Origin: Ascidiella aspersa
Lineage: Eukaryota
Assembly: GCA_963924565.1 (NCBI GenBank)
Contig: OZ004609.1
Span: 32,922,001-32,986,000 of the forward strand
Reading direction: 5' to 3'
DNA: 64,000 nucleotides
Shown: positions 24,201 to 38,310 of the stretch, piece after piece
Numbering within the stretch: the first letter of the stretch is position 1
Layout of the letters: every line of letters starts with the position of its first letter
Translations under genes and position numbers: made by a program
Notes under the pieces: model-generated
What the model was told of the DNA's origin: nothing
Database searches by the model: none
What the model saw: the letters and a program-made list of their open reading frames with translations, nothing else

Positions 24201-27200
24201 CTAGCGAAATACCAACTCGAGTAACGTGCATGCTTCGCTACCTGAGTGCCGAGTCCGAAGTGCGCATGCGCAGTACCAAAATTAAAAAAATTGATAAGGC
24301 CGCAAACTGTAAAATATAAAGGTGTAATAGCGGATGTTGGAATATTTTTCAACCAACCTTGCGTGCTACTTGCATGCCAACCTGCAATGTATGATTTCAA
24401 CCACAAAAAAGTTTCGCGGCACACTGTTTGAGAATCATTGAACTTAGAGCAACGGTCTTGGTTAAGCTAACGCACATCTTTAAAGGTGTTTAACTCTGTT
24501 GCTTCTTATTAAGCGCTACGGATGTAGCAACCAGCTATATAGAAAACATTACTGCTATAAATACTTCATTTTCAATTTGCTTTTAGTCGCCTTCAAAACA
24601 ATACCTTATATGAACCATTGAAACCTTTGTCTAAAAACAATTTGAATTTTAACGTTTCAGCAACATCAACAACGGAGTCTACCGATCCGGCTTCGCCCAG
24701 TCACAAGAAGCTTACGACAAAGCTGTAACTGATCTTTTTACGCATTTGGACAAGGTGAGAAACTGAACTGAACTTCTATACTCGTAATTCTGTTATTGTG
24801 ATTGAAATACCAGCTTTAAAGAAGCAAATTGGTACTGATGACATGTTAACTTGGAGAGGCGATTTGAGGCAGCGCCCCTCGCTGGTTTAGCTGAATAGAG
24901 CGTTGTATATAAGTGTGTACGTAAACAATAAACATGTCTGTTTTGTTGCAGTCCAATTACGCAAACACATCCGTGGCGTTTTTATGATACGTTAAGTTTA
25001 ATGTATTATTTCAATTTGCTCAAATCAGCCCTGAAGTTTTGGATAACCTTATATTGTTACTTGTTAGTCAAATTGTTTGTAAATACCAAAGCTTTCAATC
25101 TTTCATTCAACAAAGGTTTTAGCTGACAACGCGTTTTCTTAACTTTATAACGCTTTGATTTACCGAATTGCGCTTTAGGCGGAAGAGGTTTTATCGAAAC
25201 AGCGCTACCTAGTGAGCAATCGTTTCACTGAGGCTGACATCCGAATGTTCACAACGTTGGTCAGATTCGACTTGGTCTACCACGGACATTTCAAGGTATA
25301 TTTTAAAGATCTGCATTTACTCGGCAAACCATGTAAATGTGTATTTACTTGGCAGCCATGCAAACCATGTAATTATGCTAAACCTTAGTTATGTTGAAAA
25401 GTTGTAACCATATGTATCAGGCACTTGTGACCTTTCGATTAATATTTTTGTTGAACAAAGTAAGCATACCATTTTATTTAGAAAAATAGTGAACTGAATG
25501 AAATCGTCGTTAAATTTGTTACTTCTTTGAGTTAGCTTTTGGTTGCCATCTCTGGTAATAATTACTATTAATTTATTTAAGGTAGCATGTCGCAGGCCGA
25601 AAGAATTAACCACCGGGGTCCGCATTAAGCCCACGACCTGGTTTAGTTACCGCTGGTTTAACCCAATGGGCAAAAGGATATCTGATACTTGATATTTTAT
25701 TCCGTAACCTGATATTTTTACAAAAACTACTGCGGTCTGATACGACCCCGAAATATGTCATTACTTTACCAGCAGAACAATTAAGTTCAAACGTTTGAAG
25801 GTTATTTTTTTCTTGGTTATAAGGCAAGAATTTGCATAAACGTTAAGAAGTTGAGTTACTCCATCTTTAAACTCATTATCTTCGATAAATTTACCTTCAA
25901 AGGTAAAATCACTTTGCTGCCTGGTATGCGTTATTTCCTGTATCGTATCGGCTCAATTGAATCTCTAGTATCGACCAGAAACCAAAACTACAACTTGTGA
26001 TCGGGTATTGGGCCACTCAATTCCAATTCCAATGCTATCGGACATCCATATCCGCAACGATGCTACTGTGGAATATTGAATTATCATCGAGCTTCATGTT
26101 TTATTTCTTGCAGTGTAACAAGAAGCGCATCATCGACTACCCCAACTTGTGGGCTTACCTGCGCGAGCTTTACCAGATGAGCGCCTTTAAGGAGACGACC
26201 GATTTCAATCACATCGCCAAGCATTACATGGTGAGTGGCAGGGATGGGGAGTCGGAGTCGAACTCGGGACTCGACCGATTCGGTTTGTTTTGCTGTAGTC
26301 GGTCTCGGGACTCGAGTAAGGCCACGTTAGACTACCCGAGTTCCGGGTCCGGTGTACGTATGCGCAGTACCAAATTTTAATCTGATAATGCCACACACTG
26401 TAAATTGTAAGGTGGGACATTTTCCAACCACATTTTGTGGGAATATGAGTTATATATATAACACCCGATGAATGGATTTCTTAAGGTCCATCTTAATTTG
26501 GTTACGTTAGTGGTCGGCAGACTATTGGCCGCAACCTAAATGTTGGCCCTTGTGCCACTTTTAGTTGGCCGCGGACTGATTTTTAATATTGCAACTTTGA
26601 CATTGAGTTGTACCGCGTAATAGCTGTAGGCCTACATTGCTTGTGCCGTATTTTTACGTGGTGTGGCTAAGAGTTTCTATTCAGGCTCCATTTTTACGTG
26701 CATTTCAGGGTTTAATTTAGTCTATTCGTCCAAAAGTACAATGCTTACTTGGTCATGTTGCATAGTGCCGGGCTATTTTTAACCCACTTCGCAGCCCTGG
26801 GTATGTGGGTTAACATTACTATAAGGCAGTGGTTCCCAAACTGTGGTACGCGTACCACCGGTGGTACGCGAGAGTCTTTCAGGTGGTACGCGACTAACTT
26901 CAGCATACGTATAAATTTCGAAAACGTTCAACTTTTTAAACTTTCAGATTGGGTAATTTGCCGTGCTGCGTTTTAGTTACCTTTAACTTGAGGTTTCGCA
27001 CGTTTATGACGTAACACTTATCTTGTTCAAGATAATAAAACGCTAATTGTTAGCTGGTTTAATATATATGTAGTAATAAACTAATAGTGAGCGGTGTAGT
27101 ATTGTAGTATGTATCGACCAGCTGGTGAAGAAAAAACAACTATCGCATTGAACCTTGGGTTTTGTTTAATTTATGGCTTCTTTGTCTTCCTGGTATGGCG

Positions 27201-28423
27201 TTTGGTAAAGTTTAATTCTGCTTAATTATTTTGTATAATATGCTAAAATAGTTAAAGCAGCGGTTCGCGGTTCTTAACCGGGGGGGGGCGCGCCCCCCTA
27301 GGGGTGCGCCAAGGAATTCTAAGGGGGGCGCGAGCTCGACTTTATATATTTTTAATTTTTGCAGTGATTTTAATGGTTTCGTTTGGGTTAGGCATAATTC
27401 CTACATACAAACTCTGTTTTTTGCCAACTTTAACATTAAAACTGCAAAAATTTTCGCGCTGCGCGCGAATCTTATAGTTCCCTTTTAGAAAATCCATGGT
27501 ATCACCGTCCTATTAAATTAACTTATAGATAAACGATAAAAGCTATCGCCCTTTCGGACTATTTTTCATCCATATTTTATATATGATAACAGGCTATAGC
27601 AACAGGGGGAGTCGAACTTTTTTTGCGCGAAACTATATTGTTTTTGCAATATTGCCGTTGTATTGTGTGTCGTTACATCTTTTGAAACACGATAACGCAA
27701 TGTTTAATATTTGTGCTTGACATTTTTTGCGCTCGACATAATAACTCTTACAACTGTGGAGTAAATGCCCTCGCAACACGTTTGTCAAAATCAGCTCGAT
27801 AAAATCAATTTGTCGAGCTCGCGCAATTTGTTGCGTGCCCAATGCGAAACGCCTCTTCGGTTGCAGTTTAGCCAATTCGACCAACTAAAACTCAAAATTT
27901 TTCGCGCTTCGCGCGACCAACAATCCCTTCCTTCACTATTTTCCTGTTTTCTCAGTGATATTTAATTGCAAAATGTCGAAATATTAGGGGGGCGCAAGGC
28001 ATGAGAAAATTACCAAAGGGGGGCGCGGCTGAAAAAAGGTTAAGAACCACTGAGTTAAAGTTTGAGATATTCTGGTAAGGTGTAACTTAGGTGGTACATC
28101 AACACTGTACAAAAGCTCAAAATGGTTCGCGAGAAAAAAAGTTTGGGAATCACTGCTATAAGGGATTAACAAAAATATGCATTATTTAGCAATGTGTGAA
28201 ACGCAAGCCAGCTTAAAACGTGGAATGGCCTGTATAAAACTCTTAATGAGTGAAATGCTCTCAAAGGTTTGCTTTTATCGCAGCGGAAAGAAACGTTTAA
28301 CAAATATTATTTACCACACAGATGAGTCACGTGAGCATCAACCCGTATGGCATCGTCAGCATTGGACCAGATCTCGATTTCGAAGCGGCCCATGACCGCA
28401 ACGCTAAGTTTCCGGTCGCTTAA
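18224..28423 (+). CDS. yqjG: Glutathionyl-hydroquinone reductase (YqjG/ECM4-like GST), about 319 aa using exon 1a
   Basis: Exons 18224-18308, 20587-20677, 21076-21157, 22213-22285, 23718-23916, 24661-24754, 25179-25295, 26114-26230, 28322-28423 (TAA), all phases consistent. Motifs [129 protein letters not shown]. Confidence 0.95.
18923..19136 (+). CDS. Alternative first coding exon (1b) of the glutathionyl-hydroquinone reductase, with a putative mitochondrial presequence
   Basis: [71 protein letters not shown]; ends AG|GTATAT in phase 1, the same phase and homologous position as exon 1a. Confidence 0.8.
23395..23505. repeat. Tandem repeat, about 21-bp unit, about 5 copies
   Basis: Recurring ggcctaaatt(t/c)atcg(g/c)aataa. 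Confidence 0.7.
26827..28155. mobile_element. hAT-type MITE interrupted by a nested element
   Basis: TIR cagtggttcccaaac / gtttgggaatcactg; exact TSD ctataagg at 26819-26826 and 28156-28163. Confidence 0.8.
27258..28052. mobile_element. Nested hAT-type MITE
   Basis: cagcggttc(gcggttc)ttaacc / ggttaagaaccactg with exact TSD agttaaag at 27250-27257 and 28053-28060. Confidence 0.8.
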
Positions 28424-30408
28424 TCGTACGGAAACTTGCCGATCAAATCTAAACTGTATATAATAACAACGTAATCTTTGCCGTGAACGTAGCACTCAAC
28501 ATTGGTTTAAAGGTGGATATGTACATAAAAACGCCTAAATGTAACCCCCCTTTAAAGAAACCCAAATTATTAAGGAGTACTCTAGGCAGCCTATATTACA
28601 TATGCCTAGCAAAGTTATTTTGTCAATAATTTTGCTGTTTTTGAAATTTGATTTAAAGCCTATGCAAGTTCCCCTTTTATCTCATCTAGAAAAAAATGCA
28701 AACGACTTATAGTTCCGAAACTAAAGTTCCATTAGAATTGTTTCTTAATACAGTCGCTACGACGTTTTTTTCCAACATTTTACAATGATCTATATAAATA
28801 TTGCACCAACTTTTCCATTTTTTTTCAAATTTGCACTTTATTTTACTTTAATCTTGCAGCATAATCGTATATACGGAGGAGTAAATATCACGTCCAGCCC
28901 ATATATAAACGAAAAGTGTCGGCTATGCCTACCTCGTATGTTAAAAATGCAGCAACTTTGTGAAATTAATTTTGTTGACCTCGCCCAACGTTACAGCAAC
29001 ATCAGCATTTATAACTAGACAATATATTGCATGCATCTTGTATAACAAGCTTAGTGGAAATGTGCGTATATAATAAAAAAAATTATATCGTCATTGCTTG
29101 TCTGTGTGTTAACTAATTAAACTAGAGAGGGCCTTTTTTCGATTCTGTAAAAGTTTTTTTGTAGATTTAGACTACAGTTTCTTGGAGCTAATGACTACAT
29201 GGTTCTGCGGCTTGAAAGTAACGTTCGGGATTTGTGGCGTGAAAAAGTCCCGGTCCAAAATAACGAACCCAAATAGTAATTGCGAACCACACCTAAAAAA
29301 CCTAAATATGTTTACTGCTAGGTAAAACCTACAAAGAAATAATACTGCGAAGATCGCTCGTAGTCACGGTTATACTTTTATGCTGTTTACGTGTTTCAAG
29401 ACAAATAGTGTATCTGGTTAATATAACTTATTATTTCAGTCCTTGCAAAATATTTTCCTGTTGTTTAAATTTTTACCTTTCACTGCCGCTCGAACACAAA
29501 TTTAAATGTCTTACTTGGTTTAGGCGTCCATCATTTCTTACAAACTTGGCGCTTGGCAAACAGTAAAAATAATACCTGCTGATAACACAAAAAAACACTG
29601 TGTAGACTACGAATTCGTTCGATTGTTCTTTTATTTTAGTTTTTTTATTTTAGAGCAAAAAAAAAATAATTTCACTAAAATTCCAGATCAAATATTAGTC
29701 GACGTAATCGCATTATCCTAAATCAGAAGAGAGTGGTTGTTCACAAAACTGGTCAAAGAGAAAATTGTAGTCATTTGGCACGGTATACGACAATAAAATG
29801 CATGTAGTAGCCTAGACTGTGAAAGTTGAATTAAATTTGTAATGTCATATATGGGCAGAAAGAGCGCAATGTTAAGCATATAAATATATCGTTTTTTTTC
29901 TTTCACTTATTGTTGTAAATAAGGTTTCTAAACTTGTTCAGTAAATCAGCACGCAGAAACGTGTCAAACGTGTACTTTTAAAACACACGTTCGGTTTACT
30001 GTCTGATGCCACGCTAACCTTTTTCCTTAAATTTATGAAGAGATGATTATAAAGGTTTATTAAGGTTAATTTTCGGTTTGTCGGTTTTAAATAGAATTTT
30101 TTGAATGGATGTTGGGATGTGGATTTGTAAATTGGTGAGTAGCTAAAAAAAAGCTTAAGATAGGAAGTGAAACCACGAGTATGAAGTGTAAAACTGTTAG
30201 AGAAGAGACAGATAATGCCATTGACAATCGTTCCGCGAGCTCCGGAAAAAAGATACATACCAAACTAAAGCCAAATTTGCCAACGCGTTGAAAGTACAAT
30301 TATTATTTGGGCTAATTCTTATCCATAAGACCGGTTGGCACCAAGCCCAGTTCCTCCGATCCAATCTTGCAAGATTTTACTAGCCAGGCCCAGAAAGAAA
30401 TTCTCCAA

Positions 30409-33400
30409 TCAATCTTCTAGAATCTTCTGCGAATGCGCAAAGTCCCAGTAGTGCGCCACCCCGTGTTTGAAAAAGAAGTCACGTGCTTCGGTGTCATTGG
30501 CGCACTGCTTGAAGGTCATGTTGCCGAAGTGGTTCGACTTGGTTTGCCCTTCCCAGATCAGCTGACAAGGGTGGTTCCCCTCTGCTGTGGCGACCGAATC
30601 GGCGTCTGAGGGGAAAAATTATTTGGGACATTTTATTTGAGAGAACGTTTCGATTGGAAGCCATTATTAGTGTACATTGGGTGAAAATAATTGTCTAAGC
30701 GTTATACTTCTTATTTAGTCAGCAGTAGTCCCTTTGCTATCCTTATAAAGCAGGGGTCACCGAACTACGGCCAGCTTTTGAAAATAATTTTTAATGTTTT
30801 CCTTGGTAAATAATCATATTTCAGACAAAAAAGTTGGAAACATATTTTAAATCCGGCCCGCGATCTTTAATCCTTACAGTTACCTGGCCTGCAATCACCA
30901 ATCGTTACAGTTACCTGGCCCTTTATAAAAAAGTTCTGTGACCACCGTTCTAAAGGATCGTCTTAGACATGCTATGCTATGTTCGGTTTCAAAATATTAC
31001 AAACTGATAAAATATCTCTTATAGTGGCACAAATTTTGATGGTCACAGAGCAAAATTGAGCCATTTAATATCACATTGGCAAAAAAGGTACTCATTTTCT
31101 AAAAGTTTAAAAAGATTTTACCTTTAATGACAAGTTTTTGTACCTATTGCTTTCCGGCATGCACAGGAAACATGAAAAGCGAAACACAGAATAAAACACA
31201 ATAATTATTCTGTTCCAAATACACGACGAAGGACATCGACATTTAACAAAAATTGCGGGCAGCGATTGAGAAGGTTTACAAAAATAGAGTGGAATAAAAT
31301 GCCTTGAATAAAAACAGGCAATTTATCACTCACCGTTCTTTTTTCCCTTCTTCTCTTCGTCCCACTTGATACGCACGTTCATGAGCCGGTTAAACTTGCG
31401 CTGAGACTTCGGACCTGGAAGCGAGAAAAGTACATATTGAAGAGATTTTATGATTTAAGAGATTTAAGGCTGCTCAACACACTCATTCGGTGCCTAAAGT
31501 GACCGCAAATATGGTACATTCAATATAATAAAGTGTCACGATTTTTTGCTTTGTTTACTTTACCAAGCAAATCACGCCTGTTTAATTATTGTGTAGTCTT
31601 TCACTTTTTTTCTTGAACGTTAACATGAGAATTTCAGCCCAATAGGAATGGCGCCGACAATAGATTTATGGACAAATACTGTTCATTCTTTATTGCATAC
31701 GTTAGTCAATCTTCCTATGATACACGAAAAGTTATTGACAAACAAACGCTGTTATCGATAAAGCAATCGTAGACATCCAGAAAAAAGGCAATACTTACGT
31801 AGGCCTGTTTACGTAGTTATGGTAACTATAGAAATTGTAGGACTTTTTATTAATCCATTTGTCCAACAAGTTGTTGCAGTTGCACAAGCGTGTATACTGA
31901 ACAGTGAGTAATTTTTAGAATGGTTGCCATATAAGTCAGTGTCGGCAAATCATTTGAGGCTGTTAGTGTTCAGCACAAGACCCACCTCCTTCAACGATGA
32001 CGATGGTTATGTCGGGGTGCAGAACGGTGCAGCCGGTCAGGTACAACTGCTTGCTGTTCATTTCGATCTTAAACTTCTTTGCGGGGTCGCGCAAACTTCG
32101 CACCCTGGATATTGACGTAAACAGCTTTTTATATAAAAGCTTGTAGTCAAGGTACGAGCGATTGGGCGCTATTTAATATATCTAATGACTTCGAACAAAG
32201 GTTATTCATTTTACTGCCAAGGTTAGTGCAAAATAATGTATTTTTTGTTTAATATTGACACCACATTTGTGTCAATACTGACACCAAGAATGTATATGTC
32301 GTACCTACAAGACTAATAAATTGATCCAATTCCTGTAAACGACAGGGAGCAGAAGAAGATTTTTTAAAACTCGAATTTGTTAAAACAACCATAGACATTT
32401 ATTTTCTTAGTTTCAGCTTTACTTTGTTTCCTTTTGGGGTATCAACAATTTTGAAAGACAATAAAACAGATTTTGAGGCTATTTTAACGAAAAAGTTCTG
32501 ACTTTTGAATTTTAATTCATATTAAGTGGTTATCGGGGTCCATGTCTTCCAAAATTTACACACATTTCAACATTTCTAGACCTCAAATAATTAATGGAAA
32601 TTTAACGAAAAATTACCAGGAACGCATTTTGCTTTCACAAGCATATATCAGTTTAAAGTGTAGCGTAAAAAAATATTACTTAGAAAAGTTTTTCGTTCGT
32701 ACCTGTACATTGCGACCTGTACGGCGTCGGACACGTCTTCCTTGAGTTTCTTGATGCGCTTCTCCTTGACTTGTTCTGCGGTGAGCTTCCGCGCCGCGTT
32801 GGCCTGCTCGTGAGCCTTCTGTCGCTTGGCCATCTGCTGACGCACGTGCTTCTCCACCTTGGTGGGATCCTGGACGGCGTCGGTGCCAAGCACGCGCATC
32901 AGGTTCGACAGTTTCACTGCGCGAGAAAGTTTGAAACAATATTGCATTTTTTTCAGGGAAAAATATATCAGTTTTCGTTGAAGGTCGTGATTCACACACT
33001 ATAAAGGGTTTTATATTTTTTCTCAAAAAATGCAATATTCTTTCCTGCATTATGCATAAAGATTACTGCATATTTTGAGAGAAAAAAATAGTTTATGCAT
33101 TAAATGCGATTATTCAAACTATACATGGCCGATTTGTGCAAAAAAAATACTTCATTTTTTTTTAGTTAAACTGAAAAAACAAATACTCCCTAAATGACGT
33201 GAATCGTGATTCGCGCAGTATTCATAGTTTAACCGAGGCAAATGTTTCGCTGTAGAAGATTCAACTTTATTTTTAAGAAAAAAAAACATCATAAATGTGC
33301 ATAAAATGTCTTGATTCGTTACACTAACAGTACCGCTACGGGAGGAAATGAAAAGAAAATTTCCAACAATTCCAACACATTATCTGTTTTAAGACGTAAT

Positions 33401-36400
33401 AAGAATGATCTTGAAAATGAATAAAGAGTTATTCGAAACGTCCAAAATGATACCTACTTCTGTATGGGCTTTGATATTCTTATTACGTCTTACTACAACC
33501 TCCAACCATTAAGCTCCAAAGATTATCTGTTTTAAATTGCGCAAAATCACTTTTCTACAACTTTAGTAGGAACTGCACTTTGTAGAAATACCAAGACAGC
33601 AATAGACCTACCTTTAGGTTCTGGGGCGGGTGCAAGTCCGAGCCGCACTTTTTCCTGTTCGTCTTTCAGCGCTTCTTTTCTGTTCATTCTCCTCAGTTTC
33701 TTGCGTTCCTTTTTTGTGAGGAAGGTGCCCAGAACCGGGTCCACGTCTTTGTCGCGACCTGCAACAAAATATAACAAATAACAAAAATTTTGCGCTAAAA
33801 TCATTGTTGAAAAAGTGTAATTTGGCAGAATAAAGGCCTAAACTGCCTTCTTAGAAATTAGGTTCGGATAATGATTAGTGCTATGTATTGAAACATGAGT
33901 TAGTGCTGCAATCGTGCTAAAACATTATTTTACTTTGAGCCACAATTACACTTCAGGGATTATATTCAACGTGCATAATGACCAATTTGGTGAAAACGAA
34001 ATATAATATATCTTTGTCATATAGACTTAGGTGGTGTGTCACATGTTGGTGAGCGTCTTAACATTTCTTTATCTGTACATGATACCTTTGTTAAATTTGA
34101 CACTTTAATAAAAAAAGGGTATTTGTTGACTTAGAATCTGTATTTGGCAATTGACAGAGCATTGTTAAGATTTTGTTTACCATGAACCCGAACAAATGCA
34201 ACAAAAATCATGTCTTGGTATAGTACAGGCCTAAGAAAACCATCCTAAAAATTAAACAGTTGGCCAGATAATGGTCCCCGTTTTTTAGCTTGTGGCAAAA
34301 AGATATGTTTTGTATTTAGTGATTGGGCATCTGAATTTGAACACACAGGACAGTACATTGCAAGATTCTCTATATTCAGTTAAAAGGTAGTGTCAACTAA
34401 AATATTACTTACCTGGGGCTTTTAGTTGGGCAGGGTGTTCAATGAGGTTTGTTATTACGTCAGGGGATATTACGCTTGGGGCACCATTCTCACTAGAAAA
34501 CAGAATAAAATAGACTTCAATAAAAAATCCGAATTTAAAAAAATCCAGAAATATCCAATCAAAACAAAAAGTCATTACAAAACGCCAGGTAAATTAGTTA
34601 TGCAAAAATATTTACCAAGAAAACTTTTTTTATTTATAAAAATTATGGTATAAAGTATATTTTGTAAATTACCAAATGACAGGTGTCAGTTGAAAAACAG
34701 TGAAAATAAAGTCCTGCTATAAAAAAAAGTTCAGATTTAACTATTCTGATCAACAAGCAAAATAAAAATTTTGGCAATAATTCCACCTTACCCGATTTTT
34801 TCAACGACATAGTTGTCCCACCACTCTATTTGTGGGATTAAATCGTATGACATGTCAAGACCAGGCTTTGGCATTATTAGAGCAAGTTTTGACGCCTGTT
34901 GGATTCCCGTGCGTTTGGCAGCTTGTGATATTTCGCTCTGAAGCTTTTCAAGTTGGGCCTGTGATAAGAAGGTGCATCAAAAGTTACTTATTAGTATATT
35001 TTTCACAACAGAAACAAAACGTTTGCGAAAAATAAAATGTTGCAATTCTTTTAAGTTGTTAGAAATCATTTATAAGTAGATTGAAATTTATGTTCAACAC
35101 ATGTATAATTGTATATGTATTATATAGTATGTACACTACAACTGTAACAGACTGTGATATACCTTTTTAACAAAATTATTAAGGATTTGTCCACTAATAA
35201 AATAAACTACACACTGATTGAAGTGTTAGGACTCTTAACAGAGTTCCAACAAAGTTTTAATTATAACAAGTTTTATTTTAATTGTATTTTCAAATGCGTA
35301 TGAAAAGAACAATGAAATGAGTACAAACCTTGGTACGGATTTTCTGAGCAATTTGTTCAAATTTTCCTCTTTCGTGAAACTTAAAATGCCGCCGTTGCCG
35401 ATTTGCAGTTTCAAGTTTGACTCTTGTGTCATAGAAATCGCTCGTACTGCTCGTCATGTCTGGCAACGGCTTCTCGTGCATTTTTTGCCGGAATTCTTCT
35501 TGCTTTTTGGCGCGGATGTTTGCCTGCAGACATTTAACCAACATTTACAAGAAGAAGGGGGAAATACTCTGTCACATTTCATAAAATTATGTGAACTCAA
35601 TTAATATGTCTAGGAAAATCTTATTTTAGATTGCACACTGGATATTAATAGCAAAAATATCAGATATGTTTTTTTTTATCACCCCTTTTGAAAAGGTAAT
35701 TTCAGGACATATATATATATTAATTGAAAACTATTTGACCATCAATCTATCAAACTTATTTTCAACACTTAGGTTTTAAACTACCATTAGGTTTAACACT
35801 GTTTTCAATTTGTTAAAACTGAGGCTATCACTCACTTTTAGTGTCGGAACACGACTTGGCATTTGCAAAAGGTGTCCAGATGAGTCCACAGTCCTGCCCA
35901 TGTCGTCCAATATAAGTGGCTTTGGGGCATGACCCTCTTTGCTCCTGCAATGTAAACACATCTTTATTATTTTTGGACCGAATTAAAATATTTATGATAA
36001 GGGATACTATATTTATGATAAGGGATACAGACACCAATACTTCTGACAAACAGTAAAGCTGTGTGATTTGATACCTAACGACGTTATGATTATTTAATGT
36101 CAAATAGAAAAATTAATAAATGTTCCAGGTTCCAGATTATTATATTCTTAATCTAGAGATTTTAACCAAAGCATCAAGAAGTTTAATTACTCATACTTTT
36201 TGGGAAATTTTCATTTAAAAATAAAAAATTGGTGCGTCACATCGCAAACCATGGCTGGAATTGCTAAATTGATAAAGTATTGGATGAGCAATGATACCCT
36301 AGTATCACAGAGTATCGATACAGCCGCTTGGCATTGGGTATGGTGCCAATGTAATATTGTTGAACATCCCTACATTGCATTCACCAACAAGCCAATGCTT

Positions 36401-38310
36401 TTGTATTAGGTAGTCAAAACAGTTTCTATGCTAAATTTGAACAACTTACTCCGTCTTTGCCATGTTGATTAGTTTGGCTTGAACACCAGGATGCTGGATT
36501 CCAGACAGTAACTCGGGCTTGGCCGCAAGTTTGGCTTGGATTTTTTTCTGCAGTTCTGCAGCCTTGGCCGCCTTGTCTACTGCTGTTCCCATTAAAGAGG
36601 CACTTTTCACGATCACTTGTGTGTCTATTGCGTTGGCCTGTTAATAAAAAAGTACTTCTATTGGCAATTTACAATAGAGACAAAATTTGTCACACTTTGC
36701 CAGCTTGTTGCACAACAAAAATTACAAAAATCAGCTGCACACTTTTCACAATACCACACTTTATACAAAACAAAGTTGCCTTACTGCCTTAACTAGAACA
36801 ATGAAGTAAGAAAACATCATATTATTGCCAGTTATATAATGGAAAGTGTGAATTAAAGTGTTGATTGATTATTATCTGCATGCCAGTTTGTAATTATCAG
36901 TCAATTTTTTAAATTACGGTTCAGCGGCACACTTAAATTCCTCTTAAGGCACACATCTGTGTGCATCCATACCCAATTTCATTGAGGTGGAGAATAAATT
37001 TGATTTTCAACACTTAAGCTGTTTGATCTAAATTTACCTGTGACTGAACTTTGGCAGACAGGAGATTAGGACTGATGTGTTTAATTTGCTCTTTTCTTTG
37101 TTCAATTTGTTGTCGGGCTTGAGCCATCATAAGCTTAATCTGTAAGTAGAAATACAAAGTTGAGTAGCTCTACTAAATAACAACTAAAGTGCAACTATCA
37201 TAATAAGAAAGGAAAAGTTCTATTCCGAAATAAATAGTAAACTACAACAAAATTATAAAAACATATTTAGAGTAAAACCTGCACGGCCCAACTTTGCTGG
37301 GCAATTTATTATTAAAATTAACAACATGCTCATCACACTACAATACCAAAAACTCTACTTTTCAACTAGAATGTATGTATAAAATTCTAATAAAGTAAAA
37401 TTACAAATTTGTTATGAAATTAAAACTATTGCAAGCAATGCAAAAAACAACAGTTTTAATTTTTCAAAATGAAAAAAAAATAGGAAAAACTGCGCTGCAC
37501 TTGCATCTTTTAAAGTAGACATCATAATGACCTCAGTAATGGTGTTGACAGATAGGTTATTATCAATAGATTTCAAAGTAAAACACTAGTTATAACTTAT
37601 AACCACTTTTTTTCAAAATAAAACAAGTAATAACATGTAACCTCATGTGTAGACAACACCGGGCTTTCTTCAGGTGCCTCCATTGGTGGCGGCTCTTCGA
37701 ACCTCCGTGATTTCTTCACAACATCCCCGACTCCATTGTCCTCCTGCAAAAGGTAACCTTGCAATGATAAAGGTAAATAAATTCCCAAACAATTTAGAGC
37801 CATTTTCAGTGATTTTTCATCCGTAATTGTTAAATTAAAATCGCCAAATGACAACACCAATAAATGTAACAAAACAGCTAAACTCATCTGAAGATCTTGA
37901 CGAAATATGGCAGGTGAATGGCCGTAAAAAAATTTGGGTGACCAGTAACAACCAAGGTCTAAGGGCACCCCGCTAGTAAACGAATGGAAAAATGAGGTAC
38001 ATATCCATTTGGGGGTGCAGGTTTAGTTTGTTAAAATGCTCGATAAAACTTGTCATACTTATAGGAGCAGATAAATAAAAATTGACCTACAAAGTTGTCC
38101 GGTTTTAGGATACACTCTGGTATGAAGGAAAGTGTATATTTAAACCTAAATTCCACAAAATATGTGGGTAATATTCTATAAAAAATACCCCAACATACTA
38201 ACCTAAAAAGTCGTTGTTCAGTATAGTTACAGAATCGGTCAACAAAAAACAAAATCCGATGTTAAATCAGCACATACCTTCCTCTTTCTTGGTGGTTTGA
38301 CATTTTCCAT
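30409..38310 (-). CDS. PRPF3: U4/U6 snRNP protein Prp3, about 577 aa
   Basis: 13 exons: 38310-38278, 37743-37642, 37139-37038, 36637-36450, 35944-35836, 35523-35329, 34958-34792, 34492-34413, 33758-33612, 32916-32703, 32104-31986, 31414-31334, 30605-30409 (TGA). Motifs [88 protein letters not shown]. Confidence 0.96.

Noticed and set aside
25610-25675. tRNA-like or SINE-head-like stretch on the minus strand
   Set aside because: No complete cloverleaf and a degenerate B box; too weak to call.
32676-33050. Several overlapping ORFs
   Set aside because: Alternate frames or antisense of the GC-rich PRPF3 exon 32916-32703.
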